Origin: Promethearchaeota archaeon
Lineage (GTDB): Archaea; Asgardarchaeota; Lokiarchaeia; Sigyniarchaeales; SOKP01
Direction of reading: 5' to 3'
DNA: 64,000 bases
Assembly (NCBI GenBank): GCA_016840165.1
Contig: JAEOSU010000076.1
Span: 86,719 to 150,718 of the forward strand
Shown: positions 26,638 through 35,341 of the stretch, piece by piece
Numbering within the stretch: the first letter of the stretch is position 1
Layout of the letters: every line of letters starts with the position of its first letter
Made by a program: the position numbers and the translations under genes
The notes under the pieces: generated by a model
Databases searched by the model: none
What the model saw: only the letters and a program-made list of their open reading frames with translations
What the model was told of the DNA's origin: nothing

Positions 26638-28221
26638 TTATTCATCTTGAATATATGGTTTATGCATCTCTAGACAGATTTGAGCTCTTTCTAATTCTCT
26701 TCCTAAATAGTTAAGATGTTCAAGATTTTGAGTAAGATCTAAGCCAATAAATTTCTTACATAATGCTTCAGCATTAGTGCCGATGAGAGTTTTTAAGAGT
26801 TTATTTTCATTGGAATAAAATTGTAAATATATTTTTTTATCGTATTGCTCAACATAGATTCGAAAATAGCCATTTTTATCGGGAGTATAAGGGATATTTT
26901 CCGATTTCACATTTAAAACGTTATAAAGATCGATTTTTGGTATCTTCTGACGGGTCTTTCCTTTTGATCGAAAAACCATAATTCCTTGGTTAATAGGAGG
27001 AGATTTTCGATATTGGGCTAAAAAGTTCAATTTCACACTTTCTTTTAGTTCTGAGATTCCTCCCATTAATTTTACACTGTGCTCTACCGAGAAAAGGATC
27101 CCAATTCCTAACTCAATGGCAATACTTGCTAGAAGTCCATTTACTCCTACTGAATCAATATCCATTAGTTCAACCACATTTGAAATACCAAAGAAAAGAG
27201 GTAATTGAAATGATTTATTTTTCTTTTCACCAACCATTTTATTATACAAAAAATAAGACTCTAAAGAATTGCAAATCCCAGGCGATATAGGAGTTTCTAA
27301 TAGTGGATCCGCAATCAGTTTTTGAAATCCTTTGTCTTGCAAGATTTTGGTTAAATTAAATAAATTCTCAACTCTATCCTTTGGATTTCTGGGAAAATAA
27401 GCATTCTTAATGTCTGTTGGCAAAATAACTATTGGTATAGTTTTAGGAATATCTAAAAACTCTTTATAATTACCTAAATCAAAGCTAAGGATCATATCAA
27501 TATCAGAATTGATAGCGGCCATAATCTCCGATTTATCCATTGAATCTATACTGAGTAACACATCAAAATTACGGCGAATAGTATCAATAATATTAGGGAT
27601 TTTTTCTGGATATACTTTATTTGCCACACATCCAATATCAATAATATCTGCTCCAGATTCAATATAGTGTTTCACCTTCTTAAGAATATTTTTTTCCGTT
27701 CTTTCGGTACAATTTACTATTTCTGCAATAATAGGAGGAGGGAGATGAGGGGAGATCATTATGTCTGATTTCTTTTTATTTATATAAAACGAAGTAGTAC
27801 TAATTTCTTTCTCAGCAATTTTTTTTTGTTCCTCTAAAATCGTATAATATTCTTTTTCACCAGACATTTCAATCAACTTATTAGCAGGTACTTTTCCTGA
27901 AAGCGTTATATTTTCAAGATTCTTGAGAATAAAGGGTAAATCTGAGGCAAACTCGGGACCTTTTTTTACTTCAACCCCATATTTTTGTTCTAACGATTTT
28001 GCATCCCATTGTACAAATCCCGGCAATAAAATTAAATCATAATCAGAAAGAGATACCTTATTAAGGATGTCCATAACGATATCGTTAGTAAGAAAAGCAG
28101 AAATCGTTATTGGTGCTTTAAATACATCTATCTTATATTTTTTAATTGGTTTGATTACTTTTGAGATAATAGGAAAACTGCTTGTACCGGTGATGATTAA
28201 TATGTGCTTATCCAAAATCAC
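26638..28221 (-). CDS. dihydropteroate synthase-like pterin-binding protein (methanopterin pathway type)
   Basis: GADIIDIGCV is a DHPS-like motif. It has long N- and C-terminal extra domains like the archaeal DHPS-related proteins. Confidence 0.65.
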   Translation of the reverse strand: MILDKHILIITGTSSFPIISKVIKPIKKYKIDVFKAPITISAFLTNDIVMDILNKVSLSDYDLILLPGFVQWDAKSLEQKYGVEVKKGPEFASDLPFILKNLENITLSGKVPANKLIEMSGEKEYYTILEEQKKIAEKEISTTSFYINKKKSDIMISPHLPPPIIAEIVNCTERTEKNILKKVKHYIESGADIIDIGCVANKVYPEKIPNIIDTIRRNFDVLLSIDSMDKSEIMAAINSDIDMILSFDLGNYKEFLDIPKTIPIVILPTDIKNAYFPRNPKDRVENLFNLTKILQDKGFQKLIADPLLETPISPGICNSLESYFLYNKMVGEKKNKSFQLPLFFGISNVVELMDIDSVGVNGLLASIAIELGIGILFSVEHSVKLMGGISELKESVKLNFLAQYRKSPPINQGIMVFRSKGKTRQKIPKIDLYNVLNVKSENIPYTPDKNGYFRIYVEQYDKKIYLQFYSNENKLLKTLIGTNAEALCKKFIGLDLTQNLEHLNYLGRELERAQICLEMHKPYIQDE

Positions 28222-29296
28222 TCATCTGTGTTTTATCAAAAGGAATATATATATCATCTAATATAGAACCTGTTGCTTCCTTTAATCTTAAATTATCAAT
28301 AATTGGCTTAAATTCTCCGTCTAATAGACCATTGGCTATGAAAGCTGCTCCTTGTGCCGCACGCTTTGATAAGTGACTATAGGTCTTCATGAGTCTTACG
28401 GGAGCGATATCTTTCAGATTTGAGATTATTATCTCCCTAAGATATGCTAAGTTTGCACCTCTCCCCGCTAATAAAATCTCTTGGATATTGGATCTACTGG
28501 CAAATGAAGAAGAAATTGCATAAACTGCTTTTTTTACACTTGAAATATAGGCTTCAAGAGCAACCCTAGTCTGATCATCTCTTTCAGCCAGAAGCATTAT
28601 TTCTTCTAAGCTTAGATCTTCATAACCAGCAATATAGGAAACACCACCCTTGTAAATATTTTTCTTTTTAATAGTTTTAATAAGATATGCTAATTCACCG
28701 TCCAAACTGCCACATGCTTTGAATCCCATAATATTAGAACCACCAATTCCATCAATTATTCGTCCTTTTTCAATAGCTAAAACCGCAGTAAACCCATACC
28801 CTATTTCTACCATGATAAAATTAGTTTTTTGAGGAGGTATCTGAAGGCTCTCCATTTGATCCCGAATACCGGTAACAGCTGTACATAGTTTATCTGCGGT
28901 CCCCATATCAATTTTATTAATTTTCCTATATCTAGGTATAGTCGGTAAATGTTTTACTCCAGGAACAATTATTCCAGGGATTTTTTCTGCTTTAATTAGG
29001 CGTAAAACCTCCCCTAAACCTATTAATTTTTCTTTCTCATCTTGTTTAAACTTTAAGAGTGTATAATGAATGTCTCTTTCAGTTAAATCTTCAACATTTT
29101 TTAAGGGAAGTCCAAAACCACTAGGGGCCACCATTAAATCAATTTTTTCAACAGATTTAATTATTGTAATTGCCTTTTGTGGTTCTTTAATTAATTCTTT
29201 TGATGGTAAAGAAGTATCGAGAATAATCTCATCATTATTTAATCCAAAAAAATCCCAGCTCAGTGATCCCGGATCAATTCCTATAACGCGAAACAA
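28208..29296 (-). CDS. ASKHA-fold (sugar kinase/Hsp70/actin superfamily) ATPase, DUF1464-like
   Basis: N-terminal VIGIDPGS phosphate-1 motif and later GGS..GF / LAGRGA motifs. Overlaps the DHPS-like gene by 14 nt. Confidence 0.58.
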   Translation of the reverse strand: MFRVIGIDPGSLSWDFFGLNNDEIILDTSLPSKELIKEPQKAITIIKSVEKIDLMVAPSGFGLPLKNVEDLTERDIHYTLLKFKQDEKEKLIGLGEVLRLIKAEKIPGIIVPGVKHLPTIPRYRKINKIDMGTADKLCTAVTGIRDQMESLQIPPQKTNFIMVEIGYGFTAVLAIEKGRIIDGIGGSNIMGFKACGSLDGELAYLIKTIKKKNIYKGGVSYIAGYEDLSLEEIMLLAERDDQTRVALEAYISSVKKAVYAISSSFASRSNIQEILLAGRGANLAYLREIIISNLKDIAPVRLMKTYSHLSKRAAQGAAFIANGLLDGEFKPIIDNLRLKEATGSILDDIYIPFDKTQMSDFG

Positions 29297-29475
29297 GAGA
29301 AATCAGATTTCATTAAAATTGAATATATAATTCTTTTATACTTATTAGTTTATAATTATTGCTAAAGATATTATACTGACTTTTAGTTCATAGTGATTAA
29401 ATATTAATAAACTAAAAAATTCATTTCCAAATAATTTAAAATTGAATTAAATCAAATAATATTAAAAAAAGAAAG

Positions 29476-30015
29476 GTGTTCAAAATTACTGTGGTAGATG
29501 TTTATGTATGTAAAATTTGTGGAGAAGCATATATTGGAGAGAAGATGCCCACGCATTGTCCTTTTTGTGGGGCTCATAAAAAGTATTTAGTGAAAGCCAG
29601 AGATTATGATGACACGGGTGCTTGGGAAGTAGATTTAAATGAAAAAGATAGAATAAACGCAGAGAAAGCTTTAGAAGTTGAAATCTCTAACACTATATTC
29701 TACAAATGCGCAAGTCAAAAAACTCCAAGTTTAGAAGGTCAAAAATTATTTAAAATATTATCTAAAGTAGAAAATGAACATGCTTCTGTCTGGAAGAAAA
29801 TTTTAAAATTAGAGAAAATTGAACTTCCAAAATATGATGCGTGTGCTTCTGAGTACATCCCAAATCTAGAGGAATCTCATTCTCGAGAAGAGAGAGCGAT
29901 TAATTTTTACAAACAAGCAGCAGTAGAATCTGCGAATCCTCGAGTGAGAGAAATTTTTCAAGCTTTTGTAGAGGTAGAAACCGATCATCTCCAATTATCT
30001 GAAAAAAGACTTTAA
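29476..30015 (+). CDS. rubrerythrin-family protein with N-terminal rubredoxin-like knuckles
   Basis: CKICG-x13-CPFCG followed by ferritin-like ExxH segments (VENEHA, VETDHL). The start codon is uncertain (GTG 29476 or 29491). Confidence 0.78.
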   Translation: MFKITVVDVYVCKICGEAYIGEKMPTHCPFCGAHKKYLVKARDYDDTGAWEVDLNEKDRINAEKALEVEISNTIFYKCASQKTPSLEGQKLFKILSKVENEHASVWKKILKLEKIELPKYDACASEYIPNLEESHSREERAINFYKQAAVESANPRVREIFQAFVEVETDHLQLSEKRL

Positions 30016-30089
30016 TAGAGCTTTTTTATTTTTTTTAGATAATTTTTAATTAACTGTGAAGGATTTATTTAATTAATTCATTTTTTAAA

Positions 30090-30824
30090 TTGTCGTTATC
30101 CATGGAAGTAAAATATCAAAATCTTGGAATCAAAGAAGACTATTTGTATGAAATATTAGCAACAACTTTTTCTTTCAAGGATAATGACTTAATTCCAAAT
30201 ACTTCATGTATGGGAATAAAAATAATTAATAATACCATAATCATCAAACCCTATCATAATACTAAAACTTACAAAAATTTAAAAAACAACTCTTTAATTT
30301 GTATTAATCTTGTGGAAGATATTTATTTATACGCATTAGCAGCCTTGAAAGGACCGTTTCTCTCAAAAAGAGATTATACTTTTCTAGAGAAAGATTATGA
30401 TTATTATAGTCTAAAAAGTAATCAAAAGATCTTTAAGCATCTAAGAACAAATCAAATTCCTTACCTTAGAGAATCATGGGCAATAATAATCTGCAGAACG
30501 AAAAAAGCTGTAGAAATTAATAAAGAGGATATTTTTGGATCAGTCAATCTTACTGAATTTACTTTAGAGATACTTTCTATACTAAAGTTTAAAGATTCAT
30601 ACAAATTGTATAATAGAGCTGAGAATTTAACTTTGGAAGCACTTATTTTAACTACTCGGCTTAAAATTGCTCGTGAAAAAAATGACAATGATCTAATAAA
30701 TCATTTTCAAAATAAAATTAGAGATATTATTAGCAATATTAAAGAATTCAGTAAAAATCCAGATGTATCAAAATCAATTAATCTTATTAAAGAATTTGTT
30801 AGGAATTTAAATTTAGAGTTCTAA
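30090..30824 (+). CDS. DUF447-like FMN-binding-fold protein (H4MPT-cluster associated)
   Basis: YEILATTFS..IPNTSCMGIKI...KPYHNTKTYKNL resembles DUF447. Assignment by eye. The ATG at 30102 is a possible start. Confidence 0.45.
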   Translation: MSLSMEVKYQNLGIKEDYLYEILATTFSFKDNDLIPNTSCMGIKIINNTIIIKPYHNTKTYKNLKNNSLICINLVEDIYLYALAALKGPFLSKRDYTFLEKDYDYYSLKSNQKIFKHLRTNQIPYLRESWAIIICRTKKAVEINKEDIFGSVNLTEFTLEILSILKFKDSYKLYNRAENLTLEALILTTRLKIAREKNDNDLINHFQNKIRDIISNIKEFSKNPDVSKSINLIKEFVRNLNLEF

Positions 30825-31198
30825 GATATCTTTTCGATATACATAAGCGGATAGCTTAAATCTTTTATCCATTTTATCGCAGCTTTAATTTTTACTGATT
30901 CATATTCCAGATCAATTTCCGCATTAATAATTTCCCCTGATATATCATCATAAGCAAATTCAGTTTTTTTATCTCCAATTATCTTATCTTTATTGAGGTG
31001 TATTTTTATGTTTTTAACATAAGGTTGGCAAGAAATAGAAGCTTCAATCCCTTTCTCAATAGATTTTATAATATCTACATTTGAAGATATTGGTAGACCA
31101 CATAATATATGATAAAGCGCACCCAGCTTTATTCCCACTTCAAAACAAGCTCTTTCTCTTTCAGAAAGATTTTTAGGAAAATAGTTATTTATCGACAT
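30821..31198 (-). CDS. mptD: archaeal dihydroneopterin aldolase
   Basis: LSERERACFEVGIKLGALYH matches the MptD N-terminal signature as I recall it. About 125 aa. Confidence 0.62.
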   Translation of the reverse strand: MSINNYFPKNLSERERACFEVGIKLGALYHILCGLPISSNVDIIKSIEKGIEASISCQPYVKNIKIHLNKDKIIGDKKTEFAYDDISGEIINAEIDLEYESVKIKAAIKWIKDLSYPLMYIEKIS

Positions 31199-32211
31199 TA
31201 ATTCTCATTTAAAATTTCAATTTTAGCTCCAAAATTATTTGGTTTACAAATATAAATATGACCTCCAAATCCGCTTATCAGTTTTTGAACTTCTTTCAAC
31301 AGAAGATGAGCCTCTTCATCTGATTCAGTTATTGCAACAACACTAGGGCCGAATGATGACATTCCATAAGCTTTCAGCCCAAGATGCTCAAAAAAATTCA
31401 AAATTTTCTTTACTATGTCATGTTGAAGATCAATTTCAATTTTTTTAAATCCAATAGATTGAATTCTTTTTAATCCTTCACCAAAACAAATAATATCCTT
31501 TTTGAGAATTCCAGGAATAATTTTCATTAATATTTGATGTGATACTTCATTAACTTCATTTTTTGGAATTGGTGCATGTTTATGGAATATGCTTACTTCC
31601 TCATCACCATAAGCTCCCTTTTTCACATTAGGAATCACTAAAACAAAACGCCAATGTTCCGGAATAGGATGTCTAAATATTGTAAGAGCTGGGTCTGCAG
31701 AAGTGGAAGCAGAGGATGGTAGATAGGTCTCTTTTTCCTTTCCAAGACCAAAATCATGTCCCGCATCAACGATGAATCCACCGCTCTCAAAACCTCTCCA
31801 ACCTATACCGGAAGTACCTCCCCGTTCCATAAGTTTAGTTAATTTTTTTATTGATATGTTATTAATTTGCTTTAATTTCATAATAGCTGTGGCAATAGCT
31901 AATGATAATTGAGTTTTAGAGCCTAATCCAACATGGCTTGGATAATATCGTTTCAGAGAAAAATGAAAATTTTTATTACTAATATTAAATGTTTTAAACA
32001 CTTTCGAAGCTTTTTCATTAATGACTTCTATGGATTCCCTGTAATATTTATGAGCTTCTATCTTGAACTCTTCAGCATGATTTGAAGCTTCGAATACAAC
32101 ATTAGGTCTATCAAGCATTAATCCAATCCCGCCATCGATTCTATTTGTATAGCCATTCTCATCTATTAAGGAAAGATGTATCCGACAAGGAGTGGTTATG
32201 CGAATTTTCAT
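31198..32211 (-). CDS. mptG: beta-ribofuranosylaminobenzene 5'-phosphate synthase (GHMP-kinase fold)
   Basis: PSHVGLGSKTQLSLA is a GHMP motif. Size and context (next to mptD) fit RFAP synthase. Confidence 0.72.
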   Translation of the reverse strand: MKIRITTPCRIHLSLIDENGYTNRIDGGIGLMLDRPNVVFEASNHAEEFKIEAHKYYRESIEVINEKASKVFKTFNISNKNFHFSLKRYYPSHVGLGSKTQLSLAIATAIMKLKQINNISIKKLTKLMERGGTSGIGWRGFESGGFIVDAGHDFGLGKEKETYLPSSASTSADPALTIFRHPIPEHWRFVLVIPNVKKGAYGDEEVSIFHKHAPIPKNEVNEVSHQILMKIIPGILKKDIICFGEGLKRIQSIGFKKIEIDLQHDIVKKILNFFEHLGLKAYGMSSFGPSVVAITESDEEAHLLLKEVQKLISGFGGHIYICKPNNFGAKIEILNEN

Positions 32212-32404
32212 ACTAATGATACTGAGATATTTTTGAAGCTAAGATTAAGAATTTTTACAATAATTTAAAGTTAATATTTCAACTTTTTTCAAGAGTATAA
32301 TTATTATGAAATTTTCAAAAAGAAACAAATTATAAAAAAAAAGAATCTTATTTTTTATCTAATAAGTGAGATATTCAGGCTTATAGACACTTTTGTCATA
32401 GATT

Positions 32405-32776
32405 ATGATAGATATTTTTATTGTTGAAGATGATAGTTCATTGAGAATGCTTTATGAGAAAGCTCTCGCATTAAATGGATATAATATTCTTGGTTCTGCA
32501 AGAGATGGTCAAGAAGCAGTCCAAATGTATCAAGCATTTAAAAATAAACCTGATATTATCATAATGGACCATCGAATGCCTATAAAAAATGGTATTCAAG
32601 CAACTAAAGAAATTTTAAAGAACCCGTCTAAAGTTAAACCAAAAGTGATTTTTGCAAGTGCAGATAATTCTATTAAAGATATTGCATTAGAGATTGGAGT
32701 AAAAAGTTTTAAAACTAAACCATTTACACTTCAGAAACTTTTTGATAATATAAAAAAAGTTTTAGTTAATGATTAA
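32405..32776 (+). CDS. stand-alone response-regulator receiver domain
   Basis: VEDD acidic pair, IIIMDHRMP phospho-acceptor Asp, conserved K in FKTKP. Confidence 0.88.
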   Translation: MIDIFIVEDDSSLRMLYEKALALNGYNILGSARDGQEAVQMYQAFKNKPDIIIMDHRMPIKNGIQATKEILKNPSKVKPKVIFASADNSIKDIALEIGVKSFKTKPFTLQKLFDNIKKVLVND

Positions 32777-32799
32777 AAATAAAAAAAAAATAAAAAAAA

Positions 32800-33840
32800 T
32801 TATTTATACTTCTGTATTTTAATAATTCGATAAATATCCTCTATCGAAGTTAAGCCAGCGATTACAGCAACCAAAATCATCAAATTACTTAAGAGATCAT
32901 AAAAATCAACGCTAACTCCCTCGTTTATCCACAGACCAGAAATTTCGTCATGGTAGAACCATGGAAAAATTTGAGGATTTTGAGCTAAAAAGATAATAAG
33001 TGGGATTCCCGCGAATTTTAGAATAATTTTTACTCCATGTATTATTTGATGGATGGAAGGTTTATAATTTCCGATAATTCCTCTGGAGATATCTAAGGAA
33101 GCTTCTATAGTTAGCAACACACCAAATATTCGAATAATGAGACTAAACAAGGGATCAAGTAACCCTATGAAAATTGGTTGAGTTATGAAGAAGATCCCTG
33201 CTATTAAACCTATTCCACCAGCAATAATCTCTTCCAGTGGTTTAATAAAAGGCTTAAGTGGTTTACCAGTTCTTTTCGAAACGGGGTATCCCTCCTCACG
33301 AGCTTTCTCCTTAAGTATTTTTTCCTTTTCCAATTCCTTTTTCGATTTAAAGTCTTCGGGAAAGTATCCTTCCATTGAAAGCACTACGAAAATAATACTA
33401 ATGACAGAAAAAGAACCTAAGAGCCCTAGTTGAATCCCTGATACAAGATTTCCAATTATAGTCCCAAAAGACGGATTTTCGAAAATGATATTAACAAGCA
33501 TAGCTATAACATTTAATATAATTATTACGGCAAATACAATTGTTAATACTCGAAGGTAGAGGGGCCACATTTCCTTAGTGATATAAATATGAGGAGTACC
33601 ACGTCTTTTATATTCTTTTGCAATAGTTTTTGGAGTACCCATGTGTTCAATAGCGTCATGGATCGACTTTAATGTAATCTCTCCCGTATTTGATAATTCT
33701 CTGGCTTTTTCCCGCAAGTGGTCTTCCAGATCGGCTAAAATTTCCTTATGCTCTTTCTTTTCTTTTAACCACTCAGGAAGAGCTTTTTTTACTTCCTTAA
33801 GATATTCTTTTATTATATTTTCACTTTCTGTATTACTCAT
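32800..33840 (-). CDS. membrane protein with DUF1700-like N-terminal helical domain (PadR partner)
   Basis: IKEYLKEVKKALPEWL...HMGTPKTIAKEY followed by multiple TM helices. The start overlaps the PadR stop by 8 nt. Confidence 0.6.
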   Translation of the reverse strand: MSNTESENIIKEYLKEVKKALPEWLKEKKEHKEILADLEDHLREKARELSNTGEITLKSIHDAIEHMGTPKTIAKEYKRRGTPHIYITKEMWPLYLRVLTIVFAVIIILNVIAMLVNIIFENPSFGTIIGNLVSGIQLGLLGSFSVISIIFVVLSMEGYFPEDFKSKKELEKEKILKEKAREEGYPVSKRTGKPLKPFIKPLEEIIAGGIGLIAGIFFITQPIFIGLLDPLFSLIIRIFGVLLTIEASLDISRGIIGNYKPSIHQIIHGVKIILKFAGIPLIIFLAQNPQIFPWFYHDEISGLWINEGVSVDFYDLLSNLMILVAVIAGLTSIEDIYRIIKIQKYK

Positions 33841-34354
33841 CTAAAAAACCTCTTGATTTTAATTCTAGATCAATCTGATGTCCACATACATCACAAAAAC
33901 TAATATCTTTAACAGACAAATCGATTTTGTTAGCGCAGTTAGGACAATAAAAGTATTGATCTTTTTTAAGTTTCACATTTACATCGAATAATGGTGCAAT
34001 CGCTTCAGTAAGTTTTGAAAAGAATCCAGATAAGAAATTAAAAACTTTTTTTCCTTTTTCCGTAATAAAATAAAACTTTCTTCTTCTCCCGATATTTTCT
34101 CGTTCCGATTTTATCAACTCATCTTCTTCTAGTTTTCTTAAAATAGGATAAAGAGTACCCTCTTCAATGATTAAAATTTCATTAGTTTGTTCTTGCAAAT
34201 CTTTAGAAATCTGATATCCATGTACTCCCTCGTCACCATATCGCTTGATTATTGACAGGATACATAATGTTGAGATTCCACGATTGATCTCAGATTCGAA
34301 TTTTGATGCATAATCAATAAATTCAGGATCAAATCCTTTTACTCGTTTTATCAT
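33833..34354 (-). CDS. PadR-family transcription regulator with C-terminal zinc ribbon
   Basis: HGYQI...EGTLYPILRKLEEDELI. C-terminal CPNC-x13-CDVCG. Confidence 0.85.
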   Translation of the reverse strand: MIKRVKGFDPEFIDYASKFESEINRGISTLCILSIIKRYGDEGVHGYQISKDLQEQTNEILIIEEGTLYPILRKLEEDELIKSERENIGRRRKFYFITEKGKKVFNFLSGFFSKLTEAIAPLFDVNVKLKKDQYFYCPNCANKIDLSVKDISFCDVCGHQIDLELKSRGFLDE

Positions 34355-34397
34355 TTTTTTTTCCTTCTTCTACTGTTTTTCTTTGATTTAAATGTGA

Positions 34398-34432
34398 ATA
34401 GTATCTTTTCGATACTATGCTATGTATAGTAT
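34398..34432. promoter_or_regulatory. candidate PadR operator: inverted repeat ATAGTATC-n5-GATACTAT plus a third ATAGTAT copy
   Basis: Read directly in the divergent intergenic region between the PadR gene (start 34354) and the larE-like gene (start 34523). Confidence 0.4.
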
Positions 34433-34522
34433 GGGATGAATCATATTTAAATCTTTGGATCCTTATTATTTTTTAAACTAAGATTTATTTTATTTTAGTC
34501 GTTATAATTCCTTAGAGATTTT

Positions 34523-35341
34523 ATGGAGTTATCTATTATACTTAGGAATAAGCTTGATTTGTTAATCTCATTTCTAAATAATAAGAAAATCATTGTTGCT
34601 TTCTCTGGTGGAGTAGATAGTAGCTTATTAGCTTATCTTTCTAATCAGTATACTAAGGAAACGTTATTAATAACAGTAAAATCGTTACTCAACCCCAGTG
34701 AGGAGATTGAAGAAGCAAAGTTGTTTGCGAAAAAATATAACATTCCTCATCAAGAAATAGTAGTAAATCTATTAGATAACGAGGATTTCGTAAATAATTA
34801 CAAAGATAGGTGTTATATCTGCAAAAAGGAATTATTTGGGAAATTTGTTGAAATTAAGCAAAATAAAAACTTTAATCTAATAATCGATGGTTCTAATGCA
34901 GATGATAAAGAAGATTTCAGACCTGGGATTAAAGCTTTAGAAGAATTAGATATCAAATCTCCATATATCTTATTTGATATAACTAAACAAGAAATTAGAG
35001 ATTTAAGTCAACATTTTAATCTAAAAACATATTCAAAACCCTCGGGTGCGTGTTTTGCATCTAGAATTCCTTATTCTCAAAAAATTACTGAAAGTAAAAT
35101 TCAAATGATTCGGGAAGCAGAAAGTTATTTGAAAAGACGACTTGGTATTAATCAATTAAGAGTTAGATATCATGAGGATCGATTAGCAAGAATTGAATTG
35201 CCTCCTAATAGAATTTCAGAAGTTCTAAATCAAAAAAGTTTAATGGAAATTAAAAGCAGATTTAAGGAATTAGGATTTGTGTATATCACTATTGATATTG
35301 AAGGATTTCGATCTGGTTCCTTAAATGAAATCTTAAACTAA
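34523..35341 (+). CDS. PP-loop ATP pyrophosphatase, LarE-like sulfur transferase family
   Basis: VAFSGGVDSS PP-loop and GACFASRIPY motif. Confidence 0.78.
   Translation: MELSIILRNKLDLLISFLNNKKIIVAFSGGVDSSLLAYLSNQYTKETLLITVKSLLNPSEEIEEAKLFAKKYNIPHQEIVVNLLDNEDFVNNYKDRCYICKKELFGKFVEIKQNKNFNLIIDGSNADDKEDFRPGIKALEELDIKSPYILFDITKQEIRDLSQHFNLKTYSKPSGACFASRIPYSQKITESKIQMIREAESYLKRRLGINQLRVRYHEDRLARIELPPNRISEVLNQKSLMEIKSRFKELGFVYITIDIEGFRSGSLNEILN

Noticed and set aside
28208-29296. The ASKHA-fold protein could be an Asgard actin homolog.
   Set aside because: Its size, motifs (VIGIDPGS start, no actin-like subdomain signatures) and tight coupling to a pterin enzyme fit a DUF1464/kinase-like ATPase rather than a cytoskeletal actin.
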